A stretch of DNA of 25,839 bases from a virus (taxonomy: Duplodnaviria; Caudoviricetes): positions 1-25,839 of the IMG/VR virus record IMGVR_UViG_3300031644_000520; one strand, 5' to 3'. The translations under genes and the position numbers were made by a program. Below the pieces are notes generated by a model. That model searched no databases. It had not been told where the DNA came from and saw only the letters and a list, made by a program, of their open reading frames with translations. This document shows, piece after piece, positions 1 through 9,110 of this stretch (its first letter is position 1; each line of letters opens with the position of its first letter).

Positions 1-18
1 ATTAGCACAGAGTTATTA

Positions 19-549
19 ATGAAAATTAAACATTATATTAAAAGTTACAAAGACTTTCCAGTTGCTGGTGTAGACTTTAAAGACATATCAAGTCTGTGTA
101 ATAGCAATGGATTAAAATTAGCATGTGACTTAATGGAAAAACAACTCGTATTCCATATGTGTAACTCTATACCAAAGATATTAGCATTAGATGCAAGAGG
201 GTTTATATTCGGTAGTATTATTGCTGATAGAAACAATCTTAATTTAGTGTTATGCCGTAAAAAAGGTAAGTTACCTGGAGAAACTATTAAAAAAAATTTA
301 CAACTTGAATACGGCAATTCTACATTAGAATTACAAAAAGATACTATAAAGACCGATGATGACATTATTATCATTGATGACTTAATGGCTACAGGCGGAA
401 CAGTCATAGCAGCTATTGAAATGGTTAAAGAGCTAGGCGGCAACATATCTGCTGTTGCATGCGCAATAGACTTACCAGACTTAGGTGGAAGTGACAAGAT
501 AAAAAATCTTGGTATTCCATTTTATACAGGTGTAGAATATCTCGACTAG
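19..549 (+). CDS. apt: Adenine phosphoribosyltransferase (type I PRTase)
   Basis: DFPVAGVDFKDIS N-terminus, ALDARGFIFG, RKKGKLPG, LEYG and PRPP-binding IIIIDDLMATGGT motifs; 176 aa. Confidence 0.95.
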   Translation: MKIKHYIKSYKDFPVAGVDFKDISSLCNSNGLKLACDLMEKQLVFHMCNSIPKILALDARGFIFGSIIADRNNLNLVLCRKKGKLPGETIKKNLQLEYGNSTLELQKDTIKTDDDIIIIDDLMATGGTVIAAIEMVKELGGNISAVACAIDLPDLGGSDKIKNLGIPFYTGVEYLD

Positions 550-550
550 T

Positions 551-610
551 TAACATGTTATGTATTTAATTAATTTTTTAGTGTACATTTGCTTAAAAGC
601 ATGGTATAAT
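551..610 (+). promoter_or_regulatory. Early (sigma70-type) promoter with upstream palindrome
   Basis: TAACATGTTA at 551-560, -35 TGTACA at 582-587, 17 bp spacer, extended -10 TGG-TATAAT at 605-610. GGAG RBS precedes ATG 638. Confidence 0.85.
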
Positions 611-637
611 AATACTATTAAAATGGAGTAATACATA

Positions 638-829
638 ATGACATTAACTAAACTATCAGTAATTTATTCACACTTTCAATCCCTTCCGGATTATCACCAT
701 AAAATTAAATACCTTCAGGATCACAAATCTGAACTTGAAAAATTTGATATAAAAGTTGACAATTTAATAAGTCACTATACGACCAACGGCGATAAACAAT
801 ATCAAACAATTAAAAAAACGGAATATTAA
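638..829 (+). CDS. Hypothetical protein (63 aa)
   Basis: Follows promoter and GGAG RBS; ends 3 nt before the polymerase start. Confidence 0.75.
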   Translation: MTLTKLSVIYSHFQSLPDYHHKIKYLQDHKSELEKFDIKVDNLISHYTTNGDKQYQTIKKTEY

Positions 830-832
830 TTA

Positions 833-3304
833 ATGGCTTTTTATACTAACCTTTATCGATATAAAAGTAACATATACTATCGTGGCTATTCAACTAAAGG
901 CGATAGAGTTACTAAAAAAGATCATTACGAACCAAAGTTCTGGGTTACTACACCAGATGAAACTGGTTACACTAGTATTGATGGCCATAATGTTGGATCA
1001 ATAAACTTTAATAGTATGTACGAAGCTGGACAGTGGTTGCGTGATAACCTCGAAGTTTCAGGTAGAAAAATTTATGGTAATAAAAGATACATATCACAGT
1101 ACGTAATGGAAAACTTTCCAACTGATATTCAATTTGATCGTAGTGCAATTAACGTTGGTACATTTGATATCGAAACAGATTATGACGATGGCTTTCCACA
1201 TCCCGATCAAGCAGCTCATAAAATACTATCAATATCGTATAAGTCTAGTAAATTTTCAACATATCACGTGTGGGGTTATGGCGATTTTGATATTAAAGCA
1301 GCTCTTATAACCGATGTTAAATATACTCAATGTAATAGTGAAGAAGAACTTCTTACTAAATTTATAGAATTCTGGTCAAATCCAGATATTACACCTGATG
1401 TCATCACGGGCTGGAATACAAGATTTTTCGATATACCTTACGTACTAAATCGTACAAAGCAGGTTTTAGGTGAAGAATATTTACATAAGTTTTCTCCTTA
1501 TGGTTTACTAATACCACCACCAAGACCTGTTACGTATCGTGGTAGAGAAAATCTAGTTTATGAAATACCAGGTATTCAAACATTAGATTATATGGAACTA
1601 TTTCAAAAGTTTGGTTATACGTATGGCCCTCAAGAATCATATGCATTAAATCATATTGCTTATGTTGTCCTCGGTGAAAAGAAACTTTCATACGATGAAT
1701 CAGGTTCACTTAAAAATCTATATAAAGATGATCATCAAAAGTACATCGACTATAATATGAAAGATGTTCAACTCGTTGATAGACTCGAAGAAAAACTTGG
1801 ATTGATTACGTTGGCTATTACTATGGCTTATAAAGGCGGTGTTAATTTCCAAGACACATTTGGTGTAACTGCTATATGGGAATCGATTATTTGTAGAAAA
1901 CTATATCAAAGTAAAGTTATTCCGCCACTTACACAAAAGTATGATGACTATCAAATTCAAGATGGTAAAACTAATATTGCTGGTGGATATGTTAAAGACC
2001 CTATTGCTGGTAAATATCAGTGGGTAGTATCATTTGATTTAAATTCACTGTATCCTAATATCATTGTACAAAATAATATGTCACCAGAAACAAGAGTTAA
2101 TCGTATTGATGATCCATCTAAATTTGCAAGAGCTGCAAATGAAACATATTATCGTAAAGACTTTCAAGGTGTACTACCAAAAATTATTGAAGAATATTAT
2201 GATGAGCGTGTATCTATTAAAAATATGATGTTAGCTGCAAAAGCTGAAGAGCAAAAAGGTTATACATCTGCACTAGATAAAGAAATAAGTAACTTAGAAA
2301 ACAGGCAGATGGCTATTAAGATTCTACTTAATAGTTTATATGGTGCACTTGCTAATAAACACTTTTTATACTTCAGTACAGGATTAGCCGAAGGCGTAAC
2401 ACTTACTGGCCAAAAAGCAATTAAACATGCTGAAGTTACGATGAACACTGAATTAAATAAGTTACTTAAATCTGATAAAGATTATGTGATTGCAATCGAT
2501 ACCGATTCTTTATATGTTAACTTTGGTCCATTGGTAGAGCAATTTGCTCCAAATAATCCAGTTTTATTCTTAGATAAAATATGTAAAGAACATTTTGAAC
2601 CTGCTATTGGAAAAGCATATGCTAAGTTTTTTGAAATGCATAACGCATATAAAAACAGAATGGTTATGGCAAGAGAAGCAATATCAGATGTTGGTATTTG
2701 GACTGCAAAGAAACGATATATACTTAACGTACATAATAATGAAGGCGTACAATATGCTGAACCTAAACTTAAGATTATGGGTATTGAAGCTATTAAGTCA
2801 TCAACACCAGAAATTGTACGTAATAAATTTAAAGAAGCATTTAAGCTTATAATATCTGGTACTGAAAAAGAAACACAAACGTTTATTGCTAACTTTAAAG
2901 CTGAGTTTAAAAGTTTAAATCCAGAAGCTATAGCTTTTCCACGTGGAGTTAGTAACATAACAGATTGGCACGATCGAAAAACTATATTTAAGAAAAGCTG
3001 TCCAATACATGTTCGTGGATCATTGCTGCATAATTATTATCTTAAACAAAATAAACTAAATGACAAATATGAACTTATACAAAATGGTGATAGAATTAAA
3101 TTTGTATATCTAAAACTACCAAACACTATAAGACAAAATATAATATCATTTAAAGATGTGTTACCTAAAGAATTAAAGTTACACAATTATATTAATTATG
3201 ATTTACAATTCGAAAAAACATTTATCGAACCACTAAATCTAATACTTAACCCAATTGGCTGGTCAGCCGAAGAACAAGCAACACTGGAGGATTTTTTCGT
3301 ATGA
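833..3304 (+). CDS. gp43: Family B DNA polymerase, T4 gp43-like
   Basis: Exonuclease motifs FDIET, GWNTRFFDIPY, YNMKD; polymerase motifs SFDLNSLYP, KILLNSLYG, DTDS, KKRY; C-terminal clamp-binding-like tail TLEDFF. Confidence 0.97.
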   Translation: MAFYTNLYRYKSNIYYRGYSTKGDRVTKKDHYEPKFWVTTPDETGYTSIDGHNVGSINFNSMYEAGQWLRDNLEVSGRKIYGNKRYISQYVMENFPTDIQFDRSAINVGTFDIETDYDDGFPHPDQAAHKILSISYKSSKFSTYHVWGYGDFDIKAALITDVKYTQCNSEEELLTKFIEFWSNPDITPDVITGWNTRFFDIPYVLNRTKQVLGEEYLHKFSPYGLLIPPPRPVTYRGRENLVYEIPGIQTLDYMELFQKFGYTYGPQESYALNHIAYVVLGEKKLSYDESGSLKNLYKDDHQKYIDYNMKDVQLVDRLEEKLGLITLAITMAYKGGVNFQDTFGVTAIWESIICRKLYQSKVIPPLTQKYDDYQIQDGKTNIAGGYVKDPIAGKYQWVVSFDLNSLYPNIIVQNNMSPETRVNRIDDPSKFARAANETYYRKDFQGVLPKIIEEYYDERVSIKNMMLAAKAEEQKGYTSALDKEISNLENRQMAIKILLNSLYGALANKHFLYFSTGLAEGVTLTGQKAIKHAEVTMNTELNKLLKSDKDYVIAIDTDSLYVNFGPLVEQFAPNNPVLFLDKICKEHFEPAIGKAYAKFFEMHNAYKNRMVMAREAISDVGIWTAKKRYILNVHNNEGVQYAEPKLKIMGIEAIKSSTPEIVRNKFKEAFKLIISGTEKETQTFIANFKAEFKSLNPEAIAFPRGVSNITDWHDRKTIFKKSCPIHVRGSLLHNYYLKQNKLNDKYELIQNGDRIKFVYLKLPNTIRQNIISFKDVLPKELKLHNYINYDLQFEKTFIEPLNLILNPIGWSAEEQATLEDFFV

Positions 3305-3717
3305 GTGCGAACTGGTTTAAAGACATGCAAGCCATGCATAAGAAATATGGCGTAGACGAATGGATGAATAAAGAAAAGAATTCTGAATGGTGTAAACTGA
3401 GAACGTTTATGGATTTTAGAATTAATATGATGCAAGAAGAACTTGATGAAACAAAAGCAGCATTTAAAAATAATGATCCAGAAGAAATTGTTGATGGCAT
3501 TATAGATATGTGTGTCTTTGCTATCGGCACATTAGAAGTGTTTGGCGTTGATGCTAATAAAGCATGGGACCAAGTACTAAAAGCGAATATGTCAAAAGAA
3601 GTTGGCATTAAAGAAGGCAGACCTAATCCTCTTAATTTACCAGATTTGGTAAAGCCTGAAGGTTGGGAAGGCCCTACACATAAGGGAAATCATGGAAATA
3701 TCACTGACTCTTTTTAA
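3301..3717 (+). CDS. All-alpha NTP pyrophosphohydrolase (MazG/dUTPase-like); candidate dCTPase/dUTPase
   Basis: EELDE...EIVDGIID acidic metal-binding helices and VLKANMSK...KPEGW motifs. Substrate is inferred from context only. Confidence 0.8.
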   Translation: MSANWFKDMQAMHKKYGVDEWMNKEKNSEWCKLRTFMDFRINMMQEELDETKAAFKNNDPEEIVDGIIDMCVFAIGTLEVFGVDANKAWDQVLKANMSKEVGIKEGRPNPLNLPDLVKPEGWEGPTHKGNHGNITDSF

Positions 3718-4618
3718 TAGTATATTTGATAATAAGACTAAACAAAAGTTAACATTTGAAAACTTTGATAGCTTTGAAAAAGCTTTGTATGGTCTATCTA
3801 ATCGAGTTATAAAATCTAAAAAAGATGCACCATTAATGTCACCTGCGCAATTTAAGCCTGACACCACACGTGCTAACGATAATGTTACGTCGTGGGCAGG
3901 CTGGTGTGCAGTTGATGTTGATGACTTTGAATTTACAGGAGACCTACAAAGTGCTTTATCAAATCGTTTCAATAAGTATCGTTTTATTTGCTACTCTACT
4001 GCTAGCAGCTTGGAATCTTTTCCAAAGTTTAGGCTTGTCTTTCCACTTACGAAGAATATACCACATGAAAAGATACGACACTTTTGGTATGCTCTTCAAA
4101 CAGAACTTGGAGATTTGGGAGATAAGCAAACCAAAGATCTTTCTCGCATGTATTATGTACCAGCAAAATATGATAATGCTTTTAATTTTATCTTTTCTCG
4201 AAGTGGTGATTTTATCAACCCTGATATTTTATTAAACAAATATCCTTATAAAGAAAAGAGTTCTAATAGTTTCTTTGATAAACTACCAGCAGATATGCAA
4301 AAAGAAATTATTGAACACCGCAAATCTAAATTAGATAATACTAATATAAATTGGTCATCATATAAAAATTGTCCATTCTTTCCAAGACAATTAGAAAAAG
4401 AATATAGAATGATAAGTAGTGCTGGTTGGTATCATAAGATGTATCAAATTATGGTTGCTACTGCTGGTAATGCTATTAAAAGTAAATACCCAATCTCTGC
4501 ACATGAAATAACTTCTTTATGTAGAGAACTTGATAATGAAACTGGAAATTGGTATAAATCCAGACCGCTTGAAAAAGAAGCTGATAGAGCTATAGAACAT
4601 GTTTATAAGAACATTTAA
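3692..4618 (+). CDS. Archaeo-eukaryotic primase (AEP/PrimPol)-like protein
   Basis: AVDVDD (DxD motif I), YSTASS...KFRLVFPL (motif II region) and DKQTKDLSRMYYVP (motif III), then a helical C-terminal domain. No TOPRIM/DnaG signature seen. Confidence 0.7.
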   Translation: MEISLTLFNSIFDNKTKQKLTFENFDSFEKALYGLSNRVIKSKKDAPLMSPAQFKPDTTRANDNVTSWAGWCAVDVDDFEFTGDLQSALSNRFNKYRFICYSTASSLESFPKFRLVFPLTKNIPHEKIRHFWYALQTELGDLGDKQTKDLSRMYYVPAKYDNAFNFIFSRSGDFINPDILLNKYPYKEKSSNSFFDKLPADMQKEIIEHRKSKLDNTNINWSSYKNCPFFPRQLEKEYRMISSAGWYHKMYQIMVATAGNAIKSKYPISAHEITSLCRELDNETGNWYKSRPLEKEADRAIEHVYKNI

Positions 4619-4667
4619 CATGTTATGTTTATTTTCCTTTACTTTTAGAGAAAAGTATGGTATAATA
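4615..4667 (+). repeat. Type A promoter repeat, copy 1 (53 bp, identical to 15818-15870)
   Basis: TTAACATGTTATGTTTATTTTCCTTTACTTTTAGAGAAAAGTATGGTATAATA; -35 TTTACT 4638-4643, 17 bp spacer, -10 TATAAT 4661-4666. Confidence 0.92.
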
Positions 4668-4700
4668 ATACTATAAAATTAAAAAAGCGGAGAATATAAT

Positions 4701-4874
4701 ATGTCTACTAAATTTAATGCAAATAAAAATACTGCACCTTCTAGAACTAATGCTAATAAATCACCTAAAAAAACTGCAGTGCAGCCAAAGCTAATCCAAA
4801 AATTTCCATCTGATTACGGAATTGCATCACCTAGATTTGGCATACTGGAATATCCTTTCAAGAGATATAGTTAA
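4701..4874 (+). CDS. Small basic hypothetical protein (57 aa, not in the ORF track)
   Basis: MSTKFNANKNTAPSRTNANKSPKKTAVQPKLIQKFPSDYGIASPRFGILEYPFKRYS; own promoter and GCGGAG RBS; fills the gap between repeats A and B exactly. Confidence 0.75.
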   Translation: MSTKFNANKNTAPSRTNANKSPKKTAVQPKLIQKFPSDYGIASPRFGILEYPFKRYS

Positions 4875-4955
4875 CATGTACACAACAAACTTTACAATAA
4901 GTGAAAAAAACAGTGTACATTTACCTAAAAGCATGGTATAATAGTACTATAAAAT
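4871..4955 (+). repeat. Type B promoter repeat, copy 1 (85 bp, 6 mismatches and no gaps versus 16322-16406)
   Basis: Imperfect palindrome TAACATGTA 4872-4880, -35 TGTACA 4914-4919, 17 bp spacer, -10 TATAAT 4937-4942. Confidence 0.9.
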
Positions 4956-4975
4956 TAAAAAAGCGGAGATATTTT

Positions 4976-5332
4976 ATGGATAAACAATTAGAATTATTTA
5001 CAAACAACTGGGGTATTAACTCAGGTTTCAAGAATTTAGCTGATCAGCTAAACGATCTCTTACCTTTTCAAGGTAAAGTCCAATTTGCAAGATCAAAGAA
5101 TAAGCAATTAGAAAAGTTTAGAAAAGCTCAAAACTTATTGCATGATCTTTTTAATAATGCTCTTATGAATAAAAGAGCTGAATTTAAAGTTTTCTTTGGT
5201 TTTGTACCAATTAATACCATTAGAGATAGTTATCCTATAACTGCTGAAAGATGGAATCAAGTCAATAACGAAATGGCTGAACACATGAATGAAATAATTT
5301 TTGGTGCAGCTGCAGAACAGGGAGTTAAATAA
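4976..5332 (+). CDS. Hypothetical early protein (N-terminal QLELF motif)
   Basis: Start moved from 4901 (inside the promoter) to ATG 4976 after the GCGGAG RBS. Confidence 0.8.
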   Translation: MDKQLELFTNNWGINSGFKNLADQLNDLLPFQGKVQFARSKNKQLEKFRKAQNLLHDLFNNALMNKRAEFKVFFGFVPINTIRDSYPITAERWNQVNNEMAEHMNEIIFGAAAEQGVK

Positions 5333-5574
5333 TGGCTAAAGAGATGATTGAAGATGTTGTAAAGTTTGATAATATTATTTATGTTGGTGACTTAGTAGAA
5401 ACTAAGTTTGGTGCTTGTAGAATTAAAAAGATTGAATTAATGCCTGAAAAAAGACATTTCTCTAAGTGCGGAATAGATGTAAATAAAATGTTTACATCTA
5501 TGATAGATCAGTGTATAATAGATCTAGACAACAAACATTTTGTGTATGGAGATGAAATTGAAAGAATCGGTTAA
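5332..5574 (+). CDS. Hypothetical protein (80 aa)
   Basis: TAATG overlap with the upstream gene and a GGAG RBS. Confidence 0.75.
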   Translation: MAKEMIEDVVKFDNIIYVGDLVETKFGACRIKKIELMPEKRHFSKCGIDVNKMFTSMIDQCIIDLDNKHFVYGDEIERIG

Positions 5575-5881
5575 AGTATTAAATGAATGTATTGCGTTAC
5601 AGAATAAAAAGTCTGATGATTATCAGAATAAAGATTCAAACGTAACTCAAGCAATGCATTATCGTCGTGGCGTTGATAGCATACACGATATAATTCAAGG
5701 TAAGTGTTATCGTGCACAATCTATATTAGAAAGTAATGGTGAACCAAACTTCGAATCACTCGAAGATACTTACAAAGATATGATTAATTATTGTTCATTT
5801 GCAGTATCTTATATGCGTGGTAAGATGGACGGTCAAAAGCTTGATAGAGATATGTATAATAAACTAAAAGGTAAATTATAA
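5552..5881 (+). CDS. Nucleotide-modification-associated domain 1 (Nmad1/DUF1599-like) protein
   Basis: KKSDDY...K..R...FESLEDTYKDMINY pattern of this all-alpha family; directly upstream of the hydroxymethylase. Start uncertain (5540/5552/5558). Confidence 0.75.
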   Translation: MKLKESVKVLNECIALQNKKSDDYQNKDSNVTQAMHYRRGVDSIHDIIQGKCYRAQSILESNGEPNFESLEDTYKDMINYCSFAVSYMRGKMDGQKLDRDMYNKLKGKL

Positions 5882-6567
5882 TGTTGACAACACACGATAT
5901 GAAAGATTATTTCTGTGATGAATTAAAACAAGAAAACTTTGTTATAGATAAAAACGGTGGTAAACTAATTGAAATGATTGGTGCTTCTTTCGTTGCAGAT
6001 CAACCATCTATTTTTGGTACACCTAATAAAGACTATATTACTAGAGAAATAGATTGGTACAATAGTCAAATTGGTAACGTTAATGCTATTGCTGGTAAAA
6101 CGCCAGAAGCTTGGAAAATGGCAGCCAATGATTATGGTCAAGTTAATTCTAATTATGGCCAGCTTATTCATTCTGATAAATACCATAACCAATATGGTAG
6201 AGTGCTTGATGAATTAATTCAAAACGAAGAAGGCCGTAGAGCCACTATGGTGTATAACCGTCCAAGCATATGGGAGGAATACAATGAAGAAGGTAAAAGT
6301 GATTTCATATGTACTAATGCCGTTACTTATTTTATACGCGATGATAAATTACTCTGTGTTGTTCAAATGCGCTCTAACGATGTCGTGTTCGGATATAAGA
6401 ATGATTATGCTTGGCAGCTTTATGTTTTAAAAGAATTAGTAAGCGATTATAACGATTGCATATCTTTTGATGATAAAGAACGCGCTGAACATATTTCAGC
6501 TGGTACTATTATCTGGCAAGTTCAAAACATGCACGTTTATGAAAGGCATTTTGATCTTGTCAAATAA
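5881..6567 (+). CDS. gp42: dCMP hydroxymethylase (thymidylate synthase fold), T4 gp42-like
   Basis: Colinear with T4 gp42 as I recall it: IEMIGASFVAD, REIDWY (catalytic Glu), NSNYG, DFICTN (catalytic Cys), MRSNDVVFGYKNDYAWQ with the dCMP-specifying Asp, HVYERHF. Confidence 0.92.
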   Translation: MLTTHDMKDYFCDELKQENFVIDKNGGKLIEMIGASFVADQPSIFGTPNKDYITREIDWYNSQIGNVNAIAGKTPEAWKMAANDYGQVNSNYGQLIHSDKYHNQYGRVLDELIQNEEGRRATMVYNRPSIWEEYNEEGKSDFICTNAVTYFIRDDKLLCVVQMRSNDVVFGYKNDYAWQLYVLKELVSDYNDCISFDDKERAEHISAGTIIWQVQNMHVYERHFDLVK

Positions 6568-6994
6568 GTGGGATAAAAGATTTCTAGAAATGGCAAAAGT
6601 CGTATCAACATGGTCTAAAGATCCATCAACAAAAGTTGGTACAGTTGCTGTTAAAAATAGAACGGTTATTGCTCAAGGTTATAATGGATTTCCTAGAGGT
6701 ATTAAAGACGACGATAGATATCATAACAGAGAAATCAAATACAAATTCATAGTACATTCAGAAATGAATGCTATCTACAATGCTGCACAAAATGGTGTAT
6801 CATTAGAAGGATCAACTATATACACCTATGGCCTGCCAATATGTCATGAGTGTGCAAAAGGTTTGATTCAAGTTGGCGTTAATAGAGTTGTATCACCAGT
6901 ACACGATGTACCAGAACACTGGAAGATATCATGCGGTATGACTAAAACAATGTTTGAAGAATCAAAAATAAAATGGGATTGGGTGAAAATATGA
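6551..6994 (+). CDS. cd: dCMP deaminase
   Basis: SKDPSTKVG, GYNGFPRG, HSE and PICHEC zinc motifs. Probable TTG start at 6551 or 6557 after GAAAGG rather than 6467. Confidence 0.93.
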   Translation: MILSNKWDKRFLEMAKVVSTWSKDPSTKVGTVAVKNRTVIAQGYNGFPRGIKDDDRYHNREIKYKFIVHSEMNAIYNAAQNGVSLEGSTIYTYGLPICHECAKGLIQVGVNRVVSPVHDVPEHWKISCGMTKTMFEESKIKWDWVKI

Positions 6995-8103
6995 AAATAC
7001 TTGTTACAGGAATGAATAAAAATCAAGTTACAGAAAACTTTTATTTAAAACAACAATTAAGAGTAGTACCATCACACTATTCTTTATTAAGATGTTTAAG
7101 AGATATGGGTCATACTGTTGAACAAAGATTAGTAAAAATAGGTGAAGATTTATCTTCTTATGATAGAGTTATTTGTTTCTTAGCTTCTCCACGACAAGCA
7201 TTACAACTTACATTTTATAATGGATTATGGGCAATACATAATACACCAAAGAATAATTTAATATTAGCATTTGATGATTGGCAAACTGATGGTATATTTA
7301 AAGGTATTCTTTCATGCACAGACAAAGAAACGCTCTTAAAAGAATTTACTATAAATCAAAGCACAACAGATCCGGATATCAGTAGAGAGTTATTAGAACC
7401 ACATACTGATGTTTTATTAGATGCAATAAAATATATTGGTGAAAAGAAATCACGTATTTTACTTTCTGTTTTTGCTGGTGGTGATATGACTAAACTTATT
7501 CAATATGATCCAAGTTTATTATTTGGCTACAATCCAAATCCATATCACAGAAATAGAGTACCAGGTAATAGAAGTGATATTCAAAAAAGCGAAATGAATT
7601 TTATGGAAGCACAACTTATTCCAACTGAAGGAGAAGATACTGTAGCTTGGTTTGATAAAGAAAAATGTTTTAACTTTGCTTCTTTAGTTCAAGGTAAAAC
7701 TGCTAAATGGTTAAAGAAACAAAATGTTACTAAATGGAAAATAGAATATTTTGGTTCTAGAAAAGAAAAACAAAGACGCTTATCAGAAGAAGATATGTGT
7801 AAAGTTTACGCTGAACAATGGGGTTGCTTAATGCCAGGATACGATCACACTGGATCTGGTTGGTGGAGAGCAAGACCTTTACAAGTTACTGATGCCGATT
7901 CGATATTGATTGGCGATTATAACGAACTTATGGTATTATTTGATAATGAAGAAGCGGCATCAGTAAAAGCTTCTGAGCTTGAAAGCTTATCAGATTCTGA
8001 GTTGGCACGTATAGCAGCACTACAAAAAAGCTCCATATATACTAAACATCCTTTAAACAAGGACATACAACAAAACGAATTAAAGAAAGCTTTAAACATA
8101 TGA
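6991..8103 (+). CDS. Putative DNA (hmC) glycosyltransferase, GT-B fold, T4 beta-glucosyltransferase-like
   Basis: N-terminal pattern MKILVTGMN..VPS..L..LRDMGHTV..YDRVI..LILAFDDW parallels T4 BGT as recalled (MKIAIINMGN..VPS..EMGLNV..YDRLI..YYLFTDIR). Lies between gp42/cd and glf with ATGA overlaps. Confidence 0.65.
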   Translation: MKILVTGMNKNQVTENFYLKQQLRVVPSHYSLLRCLRDMGHTVEQRLVKIGEDLSSYDRVICFLASPRQALQLTFYNGLWAIHNTPKNNLILAFDDWQTDGIFKGILSCTDKETLLKEFTINQSTTDPDISRELLEPHTDVLLDAIKYIGEKKSRILLSVFAGGDMTKLIQYDPSLLFGYNPNPYHRNRVPGNRSDIQKSEMNFMEAQLIPTEGEDTVAWFDKEKCFNFASLVQGKTAKWLKKQNVTKWKIEYFGSRKEKQRRLSEEDMCKVYAEQWGCLMPGYDHTGSGWWRARPLQVTDADSILIGDYNELMVLFDNEEAASVKASELESLSDSELARIAALQKSSIYTKHPLNKDIQQNELKKALNI

Positions 8104-9110
8104 AAATATTAGTAGTAGGTGCAGGTTTTTCAGGTGCAGTAGTTGCACATGAATTAGCAAAAGCTGGCCATGATATACATGTTATAGATGAAAGAAATCA
8201 TATAGGTGGTAATGCTTATGATTATGTAAATAAAAGAGGAATACGAATACACAAATATGGTCCACATTTATTTCATACAAACAATGAAAAGGTATATAAT
8301 TGGGTTACTCAATTTGATAAATGGGTACCATACAAACATAAAGTCAAAGCACAACTTGACGATGGTAGATATGTGACACTGCCAGTTAATAAAGAAACAC
8401 AAGATATAGTAGGTAAAGAAAATATTGTAAGTACTTTCTTTGCACCATATACATATAAAATGTGGGGTAAAACTATAGAAGAATTAGATCCATCTATTCT
8501 TAAAAGAGTACCAGTACGTGATGACGATAACGAGTATTACTTTCCTAATGATGAATATCAAATATTGCCTGAAAATGGTTACACTACAGTGTTTGAAGAA
8601 ATACTAGATCATAAAAATATTAAAGTAGATTTATCTGTACAATTTAATAGAAATATGGAAAAAGACTTTGATCATATATTTAATGCTATGCCAATTGATG
8701 ATTATTTTAATTATGTTTATGGTGCTTTACCATACCGTTCAATTAAGTTTCATCATGTAGATATACCTATGACAAAGGTTCTACCAACAGGTACAGTTAA
8801 TTTTACACATGACGGTCCTTATACAAGAGTTACTGAGTGGAAGAACCTTCCATGTCATGGCATAAATAATCAGTATACAACACTAACCTATGAAGAACCA
8901 TGCGATTACTTAGTTAATAATCAAGAAAGATACTATCCAGTAAAAGATGCATCTTCTCATAATCGAATTAAATACGAACAATATAAAAATCTAATAAGAT
9001 CTAATATGACATTCATAGGAAGATGTGGAATGTATGTTTACATTGATATGCATCAAGCGATAAACTCAGCCTTAGCAATAACTAATAAATTTATGGAGAA
9101 TAATAAATGA
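8100..9110 (+). CDS. glf: UDP-galactopyranose mutase (flavin-dependent pyranose-furanose mutase)
   Basis: GAGFSG FAD motif, HIGGNAYD, HKYGPHLFHT, YTYKMWG, TRVTEWK, RYYP, GRCGMYVYIDMHQAI. Confidence 0.95.
   Translation: MKILVVGAGFSGAVVAHELAKAGHDIHVIDERNHIGGNAYDYVNKRGIRIHKYGPHLFHTNNEKVYNWVTQFDKWVPYKHKVKAQLDDGRYVTLPVNKETQDIVGKENIVSTFFAPYTYKMWGKTIEELDPSILKRVPVRDDDNEYYFPNDEYQILPENGYTTVFEEILDHKNIKVDLSVQFNRNMEKDFDHIFNAMPIDDYFNYVYGALPYRSIKFHHVDIPMTKVLPTGTVNFTHDGPYTRVTEWKNLPCHGINNQYTTLTYEEPCDYLVNNQERYYPVKDASSHNRIKYEQYKNLIRSNMTFIGRCGMYVYIDMHQAINSALAITNKFMENNK

Noticed and set aside
4612-4629. Integron attC site (stop codon in TAAC followed by GTTATGT)
   Set aside because: The AAC and GTT cores are only 2 bp apart with no long imperfect hairpin, and no integrase is in the window.
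4901-4975. N-terminal extension of the 4901-5332 ORF
   Set aside because: This is the promoter B sequence; the RBS points to ATG 4976.
5881-6567. Ordinary thymidylate synthase ThyA or dUMP hydroxymethylase
   Set aside because: Has Asp (KNDYAW) at the dCMP/dUMP specificity position, matches gp42 along its length, and ThyX is present separately.
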